64,000 nt of DNA from a phage. Of the stretch, positions 51,043 through 58,398 are shown piece by piece. The DNA lies in assembly GCA_017003895.1 (NCBI GenBank), contig GCA_017003895.1_4520.1; one strand, written 5' to 3'. Each line of letters begins with the position of its first letter. The first letter of the stretch is position 1. Under the pieces are notes generated by a model. That model was not told the origin of the DNA. It saw only the letters and a program-made list of their open reading frames with translations, and searched no databases. Position numbers and translations under genes: made by a program.

Positions 51043-51240
51043 ATCTTTTTCTACACTTTTAACGTAATTGGTGTAGTCTTCCTGTTCGTACGAGTGTAAG
51101 GCCAAGAACTGAACTAATAGTTCATTATAGACTAAAGCCTCACGCTCACGTTCGGCCTCTACTACGTTCTGAAGATTATGACTCATATCATTCCTTATAA
51201 CTATCAATATAGTCTTGTATGTCGAAGAATGACATTTCAT
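51025..51240 (-). CDS. hypothetical small protein
   Basis: 71 aa ORF; likely starts at an internal Met at 51186 (53 aa), which abuts the upstream stop. Confidence 0.4.
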   Translation of the reverse strand: MKCHSSTYKTILIVIRNDMSHNLQNVVEAEREREALVYNELLVQFLALHSYEQEDYTNYVKSVEKDVYNQH

Positions 51241-51562
51241 ATTCTAGGGCATTAAGAGCCCGTTCTTCAGTGTAGTCGGAACCAAAGACGATAGTGATTT
51301 CACCAGGCTTCATGTGATTGAAATCGACACTAAAAGGAATACGAGAACATACTTCATCTGCCATATCTGCAACAACACTACGATACACTTCTCGGTTAAC
51401 CTGATAAAGCTCTGCGAGTTCTTCGCAACGAATAACAAGTTCAGTGGCAGGATTTTCTTTGATTTTAGTAAGCATAGTCTTTACCCTTATGTTTTTGTTT
51501 GCGTTTAGATTGAAGTTCTGATTTCTTCTTGTCCTTATGGACAGAAGCCTTATTGAAATCAT
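51188..51562 (-). CDS. hypothetical acidic protein (possible Arn-like DNA mimic)
   Basis: 124 aa track ORF, or 95 aa from internal Met MLTKIKENPATE…; strongly acidic; sits in the asiA-motA small-gene block where T4 carries arn. Confidence 0.45.
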   Translation of the reverse strand: MISIRLLSIRTRRNQNFNLNANKNIRVKTMLTKIKENPATELVIRCEELAELYQVNREVYRSVVADMADEVCSRIPFSVDFNHMKPGEITIVFGSDYTEERALNALEYEMSFFDIQDYIDSYKE

Positions 51563-51774
51563 GTTTTGCTACAAGATTGTTCATAATGATTTATAACCTC
51601 ATTTAAACATTTATCAGTAAAAGAAAACTTTTTAGCCACAGAACATTCGATAATGTGTTCTTTCAAATCTTTAGAGTCAGTATAACCCATCTCAGTAATA
51701 AAGTGGCGAATTAAAGCTTTATTCTTATCATTAACAGAATTAAAATAATCTGCTTTAGAATCAATTATTCTCAT
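51559..51774 (-). CDS. hypothetical protein
   Basis: 71 aa ORF, ATGA overlap with the downstream gene. Confidence 0.45.
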   Translation of the reverse strand: MRIIDSKADYFNSVNDKNKALIRHFITEMGYTDSKDLKEHIIECSVAKKFSFTDKCLNEVINHYEQSCSKT

Positions 51775-52042
51775 CGTCTAATTTCCTTAATTGATATTGC
51801 AACGAGCTAATAATTTCTTCGTTAATTTTAATATACATGTCGCGCAAGAAAGGTTTTAACCCTTCACGAATAATTGCTAATGTATCACCTTTACATAAAT
51901 TAACCAAATAGGGATGGTCTAAAGCATCCCAACCAGGCTGATTAGCATACATACCATAGTTTTCTTCCATCATATGATTAAGACGTTTTATATCTTGGAT
52001 ACGTGATTCAATAGCATCTTTCTGGAGTTGTTTAATATTCAT
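51761..52042 (-). CDS. hypothetical protein
   Basis: 93 aa ORF. Confidence 0.45.
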   Translation of the reverse strand: MNIKQLQKDAIESRIQDIKRLNHMMEENYGMYANQPGWDALDHPYLVNLCKGDTLAIIREGLKPFLRDMYIKINEEIISSLQYQLRKLDDENN

Positions 52043-52503
52043 TAATAAAGGTCCTCTGAATAAAGTTCTTTCTCACTTCCACCACGTTCAATACGTACCT
52101 GTCCAGCATATGTTGCAATAATCATTGCTTCTTCACGCGTCCAGTAATTAGAGTATTGGTCAATAAAACCTTGGTCGTCACCACAAACTTGTTGCGAGAC
52201 TAATTGAGGACCAACTATATCAAGTACTTCAGCCATATCTTTAGAGTAATGACGAACTCCAGGAATAATCAGAGTTCCGCCGCTCTTCAATTTAAACCTA
52301 TTAGCTGCACATACTATAACACGTTGAACTTTTTGGTCATTGTTCCAATAGCACGTTTGCCAACAGATTTCAGGAACTTCATTCATTATATCATCAGCAG
52401 AATAATTATAACCGTAGGACTGGAATTTTTCTGCTAGACTTTCAGGAGTCTCACGAGACAAGGCCAAATCTAATAGCTCTAAACGTTCTTTAAATGATTT
52501 CAT
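52042..52503 (-). CDS. hypothetical protein
   Basis: 153 aa ORF, ATGA overlaps at both ends. Confidence 0.5.
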   Translation of the reverse strand: MKSFKERLELLDLALSRETPESLAEKFQSYGYNYSADDIMNEVPEICWQTCYWNNDQKVQRVIVCAANRFKLKSGGTLIIPGVRHYSKDMAEVLDIVGPQLVSQQVCGDDQGFIDQYSNYWTREEAMIIATYAGQVRIERGGSEKELYSEDLY

Positions 52504-52829
52504 TTAAACCATTCCTTAATACGTTGCCAAATAGATTTTTGTGCTTGTTTATTTACACCAATCGAACGAATAACCGGTTGTGACTGCTGATATTCTTTAT
52601 AATCTTCTTTATAGATTTCGTAAGCTGCATCAACAAATGAACTGATCGCTGACATGTAGTTTTTACGAAGGCCAAATGGCGCGTCATTATTTTCACGAAT
52701 AACTGTATATTGGCCTGCTTTAATCTTTACAATTGTCCCTAAATAAGCCCCGTGGTACCAAATATCCCATCCTTCCTGAGTAGGTTCTGCACATTTACGA
52801 AGTTCGTTAATAATATTCAGCTTATTCAT
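52500..52829 (-). CDS. hypothetical protein (motA-proximal)
   Basis: 109 aa ORF. Confidence 0.5.
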   Translation of the reverse strand: MNKLNIINELRKCAEPTQEGWDIWYHGAYLGTIVKIKAGQYTVIRENNDAPFGLRKNYMSAISSFVDAAYEIYKEDYKEYQQSQPVIRSIGVNKQAQKSIWQRIKEWFK

Positions 52830-52839
52830 TATGTATTCC

Positions 52840-53472
52840 TCACAGTACGTTAGTTACAAGGGTAATGATTTCTTTGGACACATTAGGGAAGTCAATGTAA
52901 GTATATTTACCACCGATCTTAATCTTAACATCATTTTCAAGAGAAGTAAACAGCTTTGATTCAGTTTCTGACATGTTGTATGCAAAGATTCTAAGAGCGC
53001 CATCTCGTCGAATTTCAATTTGGCGAATACCTAGAACTCGTTTTGCAAATCTAACTTCCAAGTTACTACGGTTTTCACCAATTTCCTTAACTTCAACTTT
53101 ATCTTTAATATTTTCAAAAACAAAGTTTGCTAGTTCATGCATTTCAGGAGTAACTCCACGTGCTTTTCTAGTGTTACGTTTCTGAAGAAGTTCTGGAGCA
53201 TTTTCTTGGGCAAAGAGGTCTGCAGCTTTTTGGATAATATCCATTGCTTCGCCGGTTGCCACAAGTCCATCACCAGATTTTTCGACTAAACCTTTCTTAA
53301 TCAATACACCAATGTTAGAGTTAACAACTGATGCATTGTATTCTGCTTCCAGAGCTTCACGGACATTGGCAGCAGTGGTGAAGTTGTTCTTAATGATATA
53401 AACCATTATTGCAGCAGTTTTTTCATTCAGAGCGTTTTCAGAAGCTTTGATGATGTAAGTAACTTTAGACAT
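52840..53472 (-). CDS. motA: middle-transcription activator MotA
   Basis: 210 aa from internal Met MSKVTYIIKAS… (T4 MotA 211 aa); the track ORF's extra 30 aa are probably not translated; early promoter at 53509-53537. Confidence 0.8.
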   Translation of the reverse strand: MSKVTYIIKASENALNEKTAAIMVYIIKNNFTTAANVREALEAEYNASVVNSNIGVLIKKGLVEKSGDGLVATGEAMDIIQKAADLFAQENAPELLQKRNTRKARGVTPEMHELANFVFENIKDKVEVKEIGENRSNLEVRFAKRVLGIRQIEIRRDGALRIFAYNMSETESKLFTSLENDVKIKIGGKYTYIDFPNVSKEIITLVTNVL

Positions 53473-53508
53473 TTTATTTCTCCAAATTAGTATTTGTTTT
53501 GATAGGTC

Positions 53509-53537
53509 TATAATATCATGTTTGAAGCACATGTAAA
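53509..53537 (-). promoter_or_regulatory. early promoter for motA
   Basis: GTTTAC (rc 53532-53537), 17 nt, TATTAT (rc 53509-53514); 37 nt upstream of the MSKV start. Confidence 0.5.
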
Positions 53538-53544
53538 CTGTTTT

Positions 53545-53579
53545 GTGAGAAAAAATGCACAAAAGGGAGCTTCGGCTCC
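53545..53579 (-). terminator. rho-independent terminator after gene 52
   Basis: GGGAGC ttcg GCTCCC (53564-53579), T-run on the minus strand. Confidence 0.65.
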
Positions 53580-53656
53580 CTAATCATGATTGTCCAACCA
53601 ATACAGCCAAATCACTAGTGCAGCTATTGCACCGAGAAATCCTAAGGCTAGGGCAC

Positions 53657-54982
53657 TCAAAGTGCCTCCAAGTCTTTAGTGTACTCTGTCACAACATCAG
53701 TAGACTTCCAATACTCATTTTCTTCTTTCTTAGCTTTAGCTTCTTCTGCTAGTTTACGTGCTTCATCGGAAGTGATATGGAAGATGTTAAGTCCTACCAG
53801 TTTATCGACATGTTCTTTATACATTTCGATTTGTGCTAGCTCTTCAGTCAAAGCTTTACGTGTCTTGCCCTGAATCACAATTTCGCCACTGATAACTTTT
53901 TTGATGAAGTGTGCCTTAGCAAAAGCAAGTTTAAATGCTTTTTCAGATTCAAGGATTTTGTTATCAATACGTTTCTGAACGTAAGTCTTACGGACTTCAA
54001 CAAAATCTTTGATTAAGTCCACTACGTTATCGTAGACCGCTAATTTACCCTTTTCATTAATCACTGTGATGTTTTGTGAACGACGTTCGATGAGACTAAA
54101 ATCTTTCATGATTTTTTCATGACGTAGCTCTTCATCGTCAGGAAGCGAGTACTCTTTACGGAACTTCACCTTAAATCCAAAGCCGTGTTCACCACAATCA
54201 TCTTCCCATGAGATTAGACCTTTGTCTTCCAACGGGTCAAGAACCTTACTCACATACGTTTCACGGTCGAATTTATATGGGATTTCAGTTATCTGCATTT
54301 GAGTGCGAGATGTGAACTTATATGTTCCGTGAATCTCATAACGCCCATCAACTTCATGCACTTCACCACGGAATTCCGGGAATTCAACTTTTGGTTTAGT
54401 GACATTTTTACCTTGAAGAGCTTGTAATACAGCCTTTTTGACCGATTTAAAACTATGAGGCAGAATATTTGTTGCGTAACCGGTTGCAATACCAGAGACG
54501 CCATTCAAAAGAACTGTCGGAATAATAGGAAGATAGAATTTTGGTGGAACGTGTTCTTTATCTTCATGTGCTGGAGCATATTCAGTATCTTTATATACGT
54601 TATAGAAATTTTTACTTACACGAGCAAAAATATAACGAGATGCTGCAGCCTTTTGGACTGTTCTAGAACCAAAGTTGCCTTGGCCATCTAACAGTGGATA
54701 GTTGTTATTCCATGTGTTAGCCATCAATGCACCTGCATCTTGTGCAGAAGATTCACCATGGTGATAACCTAAATCTGCAACACCTCCTGCAATTGACGCA
54801 AGTTTATGAAATTTTTCTTTATTACCACGAGCCAAATCTAATGCACGATGAACCACAAAACGTTGAACCGGCTTAAATCCATCAATCATGTTCGGGATTG
54901 CACGGTTTTCAACGGTGTACATCGCATATGCTAAGGCTTCGTTATCAATAATACTTTTTAGATTACGAGAATTCAATTGCAT
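53657..54982 (-). CDS. 52: DNA topoisomerase II medium subunit gp52
   Basis: 441 aa; GyrA-like catalytic region; MQLNSRNLKSIIDNEALAYAMYTVENRAIPNMIDGFKPVQRF… as in T4 gp52. Confidence 0.9.
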   Translation of the reverse strand: MQLNSRNLKSIIDNEALAYAMYTVENRAIPNMIDGFKPVQRFVVHRALDLARGNKEKFHKLASIAGGVADLGYHHGESSAQDAGALMANTWNNNYPLLDGQGNFGSRTVQKAAASRYIFARVSKNFYNVYKDTEYAPAHEDKEHVPPKFYLPIIPTVLLNGVSGIATGYATNILPHSFKSVKKAVLQALQGKNVTKPKVEFPEFRGEVHEVDGRYEIHGTYKFTSRTQMQITEIPYKFDRETYVSKVLDPLEDKGLISWEDDCGEHGFGFKVKFRKEYSLPDDEELRHEKIMKDFSLIERRSQNITVINEKGKLAVYDNVVDLIKDFVEVRKTYVQKRIDNKILESEKAFKLAFAKAHFIKKVISGEIVIQGKTRKALTEELAQIEMYKEHVDKLVGLNIFHITSDEARKLAEEAKAKKEENEYWKSTDVVTEYTKDLEAL

Positions 54983-54986
54983 ATTT

Positions 54987-55127
54987 TCACCATATTAATG
55001 AACGAATATCCATTATAACATCTGAAATGAAAAGCACTACTTGGATTAGCCCAAACATCACACCGTAGTACAGAACCGTAAGCAGCAACAAGAGCCCGAA
55101 GGCTCCTGCTAAGATTTTCTTAATCAT
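54987..55127 (-). CDS. hydrophobic micro-protein, 46 aa
   Basis: Hand-translated: MIKKILAGAFGLLLLLTVLYYGVMFGLIQVVLFISDVIMDIRSLIW; single TM helix; start overlaps upstream stop (TAATG). Confidence 0.35.
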   Translation of the reverse strand: MIKKILAGAFGLLLLLTVLYYGVMFGLIQVVLFISDVIMDIRSLIW

Positions 55128-55273
55128 TACTCGCCTTTTAACACGTTAAGAAGAGCTAAGACCGCTAAGGTACCTTGTGATATGGCCTGTTGAAATACTG
55201 TTGTTTCGCCTGTAACTAAAGTGTTAACGAATAAAAACGACCAACACAGCAATGCAATAATCCATGCTACCAT
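55127..55273 (-). CDS. hydrophobic micro-protein, 48 aa (position and size of T4 ac)
   Basis: Hand-translated: MVAWIIALLCWSFLFVNTLVTGETTVFQQAISQGTLAVLALLNVLKGE. Confidence 0.35.
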   Translation of the reverse strand: MVAWIIALLCWSFLFVNTLVTGETTVFQQAISQGTLAVLALLNVLKGE

Positions 55274-55284
55274 TTTAATTACCT

Positions 55285-55318
55285 CAAAAATAAATTAAAG
55301 GCCTAACTTAATAGGCCT
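55285..55318 (-). terminator. rho-independent terminator after ndd
   Basis: AGGCCT aacttaat AGGCCT stem-loop followed on the minus strand by a T-rich tract. Confidence 0.5.
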
Positions 55319-55325
55319 GTATAAA

Positions 55326-55772
55326 TTAATAACTCTGCAGAATGAATTTGAAATTATCTGCCAGAAGACGGTTCATTTCAGTGAGTGTTTGATATTCTGA
55401 TGTATGGTTGCGAGTGAATGCCAGAGCCAATTGACCTTTACCATAACCAGTGGTCAGTGGTTTCATGTTCTTAGCTGCAACAAAGATTACATCATATTCA
55501 ATATTGTTAGTGCCCATGGTACGGGCTAGTTGCGAACGGCCTTGACGAATGTGAGAAAGAATTGCATCCAACCCTTGTTTAGAACGTTGACGTCCTACAA
55601 AGAATCGTGCTGCTACTTGTCGCCAATCAGATGAACCTTTAACGAAGAAGTAAAAACCTTCACGAGAACGAAACTCTTTAGAAACTTCAGAACCGTATTC
55701 ACCATTACGAACTACTGCAACAACTTCACCGCCAACTGCCAGAAGGTCTTTACGAGTTAAATATTTGGACAT
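55326..55772 (-). CDS. ndd: nucleoid disruption protein Ndd
   Basis: 148 aa; …[31 protein letters not shown]…[40 protein letters not shown] matches T4 Ndd as recalled. Confidence 0.8.
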   Translation of the reverse strand: MSKYLTRKDLLAVGGEVVAVVRNGEYGSEVSKEFRSREGFYFFVKGSSDWRQVAARFFVGRQRSKQGLDAILSHIRQGRSQLARTMGTNNIEYDVIFVAAKNMKPLTTGYGKGQLALAFTRNHTSEYQTLTEMNRLLADNFKFILQSY

Positions 55773-55816
55773 GCTAATTTCCTCAATTGATTAATGTTTT
55801 TGTAATCCATGAGAGC

Positions 55817-55846
55817 ATTATACTCTGCTCTCAAGAGTTTGTACAA
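55817..55846 (-). promoter_or_regulatory. early promoter for ndd
   Basis: TTGTAC (rc 55841-55846), 18 nt, TATAAT (rc 55817-55822). Confidence 0.45.
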
Positions 55847-55848
55847 TT

Positions 55849-56049
55849 TTATTCGGCCATATCAGAACGTTCAAAAAGCTCTTCAACAGTTAAACATTCA
55901 GTGTCATCCTCAATAAAGAATCGGGTCCAACACGTTGGGGCGATGCAGTTATGAGTTTGTCCAGCTATAGAAGCTACACGAATAAGCTGCTGTCCATTAT
56001 TCAGGACAAATTTTTCACCAATTTCAACATCTTTAAAAAGCTTAGCCAT
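55849..56049 (-). CDS. hypothetical protein
   Basis: 66 aa; early promoter at 56078-56107. Confidence 0.45.
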   Translation of the reverse strand: MAKLFKDVEIGEKFVLNNGQQLIRVASIAGQTHNCIAPTCWTRFFIEDDTECLTVEELFERSDMAE

Positions 56050-56077
56050 TTTGTGTTCCTCATGTTTCAGTAGGACT

Positions 56078-56107
56078 ACTATACCATAATCCTACTGTGT
56101 TGTAAAC
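56078..56107 (-). promoter_or_regulatory. early promoter (hairpin-embedded) for the ORF starting at 56049
   Basis: GTTTAC (rc 56102-56107), 18 nt, TATAGT (rc 56078-56083); -10 inside inverted repeat agtagga…tcctact (56069-56096). Confidence 0.45.
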
Positions 56108-56299
56108 AATTAAATTACATTAAAATATGTTAAAGCCAACCATGTTCCAGTGAACGAACATGCAATGTAAAAAACCGTATCACAAAATGTTCTTAGTACA
56201 ATAAGAAGTGCATTTTTCATAAGTACCTCAATGCAATTGAAAATATTATACAAATCATAGGGATACTAAGCAACCATATTCCGATCCACATTTTAGAGC

Positions 56300-56563
56300 T
56301 CATATCTCAACTTCCACGAGTTCCATATATCCTTTGTTGATAACCTCTTTAAGGTCTTTAGAAAGAATGACATTAAAATGGTCATTCATATGTCCATTAA
56401 CCAGACGAGTTATTTCGGCTTCAGATGACATATAAGGCACGTCCGAGTCCCAATGAGATAGTCCCAAATGGGTATAAATCATCCCTTCGTCGTCTGCAGT
56501 GTTGTACATTGAAACAAATTCGCCTGTTACTTTATGTTTTGCGTAGAAAAATTTAAATTTCAT
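56300..56563 (-). CDS. hypothetical protein
   Basis: 87 aa; early promoter at 56590-56619. Confidence 0.45.
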   Translation of the reverse strand: MKFKFFYAKHKVTGEFVSMYNTADDEGMIYTHLGLSHWDSDVPYMSSEAEITRLVNGHMNDHFNVILSKDLKEVINKGYMELVEVEI

Positions 56564-56589
56564 AATGTTATCCTCTTTTAGATAGGACT

Positions 56590-56619
56590 ACTATATCATA
56601 GTCCTACTTAGTTGTAAAC
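56590..56619 (-). promoter_or_regulatory. early promoter (hairpin-embedded) for the ORF starting at 56563
   Basis: GTTTAC (rc 56614-56619), 18 nt, TATAGT (rc 56590-56595); overlaps inverted repeat taggacta…tagtccta. Confidence 0.45.
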
Positions 56620-56631
56620 ACTTTTATGAAA

Positions 56632-57189
56632 TTAAAGATGAAGATACCACCCGTTGTAGTTGCTCTTGCGGACGATTTTCTTTAGGTCTTCATGGTCTCC
56701 CACGAACTTTATAGAATAAGAGAAGACGTCGGGTGAGGTTTCTTTGACATCTAATATAATAATGCAATCTGCGACTCGATGGTTCAAGAAGGGCCCTATA
56801 TTGATTCCATTACCACCCGGATAATCGCCGCTGTATCCTGTGGTAACCGAAATCCATTTAGAATCTACCTGGTGCGTCTTGACTTCGACACGCAACCCGC
56901 AGTATTTAGGATGAGCTAACACGTCCCATGCATACGTGTACGGGTCTTCTACGTCTTCAATACCTTTATTAACATATCCATCTAGCCAATTTGCTACTAC
57001 ATACTCTGCAAAGACTGCAACCTTACAACGTCGAACTACATCTTCTTTGTTTTGATCAGGATTTTGGCTCAGGGAATATCGAGCGGTGTCAGCAATCTTC
57101 ACCTTCATTTCACTAGTCAAAAACTCATTCGACAGGATAAATGTCGGAAGATTCTTCAGTCTCAACAGTCCCAAGTTCGTCTTTACCAT
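56632..57189 (-). CDS. denB: putative endonuclease IV (DenB-like), 185 aa
   Basis: Start set at internal Met preceded by a GAGG RBS; 185 aa equals T4 DenB length and the gene sits two ORFs from rIIB; assignment by position and size only. Confidence 0.45.
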   Translation of the reverse strand: MVKTNLGLLRLKNLPTFILSNEFLTSEMKVKIADTARYSLSQNPDQNKEDVVRRCKVAVFAEYVVANWLDGYVNKGIEDVEDPYTYAWDVLAHPKYCGLRVEVKTHQVDSKWISVTTGYSGDYPGGNGINIGPFLNHRVADCIIILDVKETSPDVFSYSIKFVGDHEDLKKIVRKSNYNGWYLHL

Positions 57190-57412
57190 AGATACCTCTG
57201 ATGTGTAGTTCGCCAAAATAAATGCGGTCACCTTCTTCAAGATATTCTGCATCTACCGGTGGGATTTCAATAACAACTTCGTCGCATTCTAACCAGCCGT
57301 AGTGTGCATCACCAGGATGTTTTACCAATTTAGCACAATAAACTGATTTACACTTATGATGACCACGAAGATTAGCAATTTTGGATTCTGATACGTCAAA
57401 TGGATGAATCAT
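57125..57412 (-). CDS. hypothetical protein (denB.1 position)
   Basis: 95 aa; AGGGG RBS; 3' end overlaps the denB-like start. Confidence 0.4.
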   Translation of the reverse strand: MIHPFDVSESKIANLRGHHKCKSVYCAKLVKHPGDAHYGWLECDEVVIEIPPVDAEYLEEGDRIYFGELHIRGIYGKDELGTVETEESSDIYPVE

Positions 57413-57420
57413 AATTACCC

Positions 57421-57448
57421 CTAAAGAAAAAAGGGGACCGAAGTCCCC
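57421..57448 (-). terminator. rho-independent terminator after rIIB
   Basis: GGGGAC cgaa GTCCCC (57433-57448), then TTTTTT on the minus strand. Confidence 0.65.
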
Positions 57449-57453
57449 AATTA

Positions 57454-58389
57454 TTATTCTGCAAATAATTCAGTAACGTCTGAAATTACTTCATACCGAC
57501 AAGTACGCATCTTAGCATCGCCATAGTCAACTGGGATGGATACAACATCACGTGGATGAACTTTAACCTTAACAACTTTATCTGAGCTAGAACCAAAGTA
57601 ACGAATATATGATTTAGCACAAACATGTAGACCACGGGAGCAGGTTTGAGTATCATCATCGTTAACACGAGTACGAGGCATTGAAACAACTTTACCAGGC
57701 GAGTTATCAAATGTGCCACTATAGCAATCTAAATAGTCTTTACGAACTACTTTCCATGCATAGAAATACCCATCTTCAGTGATTTCAATATCGTTTGCAA
57801 CCAAGAAGTCGAATAAACGTTGTACAGCTTTTTCGCTTGGGTTTTCTAACAGGTTTTCAAGGAACGGCAGGTAGAATTTAAAGTCTTCGCCTTTTTCCAT
57901 GGAATCAATAATACGGTTAACCAGTCCTGAACGAATTTCTATACCTTGATAAAATAAACTACCACCTTCAATAGTAACATTACCATCAACAAACTTACTA
58001 ATAGCTTTCTTGATGTTAATAAGTTCGACAGCTTTACTAAGGTTTCCTGCGACCAAATTAGCTTTAATTTCTTCAAAATTTGCATGACTTGATGGGGTCG
58101 CATTGTATGCTACGCGTCCTTCAATGATTGAAATAAATTTAGATGACGCGTTCCATACTATTTCAGGACGGTGTCCGCCGATAATAGGTTCATCATTTTC
58201 TGGGACCTGTTCTTCGTCTTCAAATTCAGCTGCTTTCTCTTCAGCTTTAAAATTCTTAACAATCTTACGAAGAGTATCTGTTGAAATGTCAAAGTAATCG
58301 GCAATTTCTTTACGGGTCCATTTGCCTGATTCAACCAGCCCGTAAGCTTCTAACTGTTCTTCTTGGGACAAGCATTTGATATTGTACAT
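57454..58389 (-). CDS. rIIB: rIIB membrane-associated protein
   Basis: 311 aa; MYNIKCLSQEEQLEAY… and C-terminal …GKVVSMPRTRVNDDDTQTCSRGLHVC… as in T4 rIIB. Confidence 0.9.
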   Translation of the reverse strand: MYNIKCLSQEEQLEAYGLVESGKWTRKEIADYFDISTDTLRKIVKNFKAEEKAAEFEDEEQVPENDEPIIGGHRPEIVWNASSKFISIIEGRVAYNATPSSHANFEEIKANLVAGNLSKAVELINIKKAISKFVDGNVTIEGGSLFYQGIEIRSGLVNRIIDSMEKGEDFKFYLPFLENLLENPSEKAVQRLFDFLVANDIEITEDGYFYAWKVVRKDYLDCYSGTFDNSPGKVVSMPRTRVNDDDTQTCSRGLHVCAKSYIRYFGSSSDKVVKVKVHPRDVVSIPVDYGDAKMRTCRYEVISDVTELFAE

Positions 58390-58398
58390 AATGTTTCC

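Noticed and set aside
53473-53562. N-terminal 30 codons of track ORF 52840..53562 (motA)
   Set aside because: The remembered T4 MotA N-terminus aligns from the internal MSKVTYIIKAS, and the extension would overlap the motA early promoter
55091-55106. Hairpin AGAGCC cgaa GGCTCT called as a simple terminator
   Set aside because: It lies inside a plausible 46-aa ORF that is TAATG-coupled to its neighbour, so a plain terminator call is not secure; kept as a finding instead
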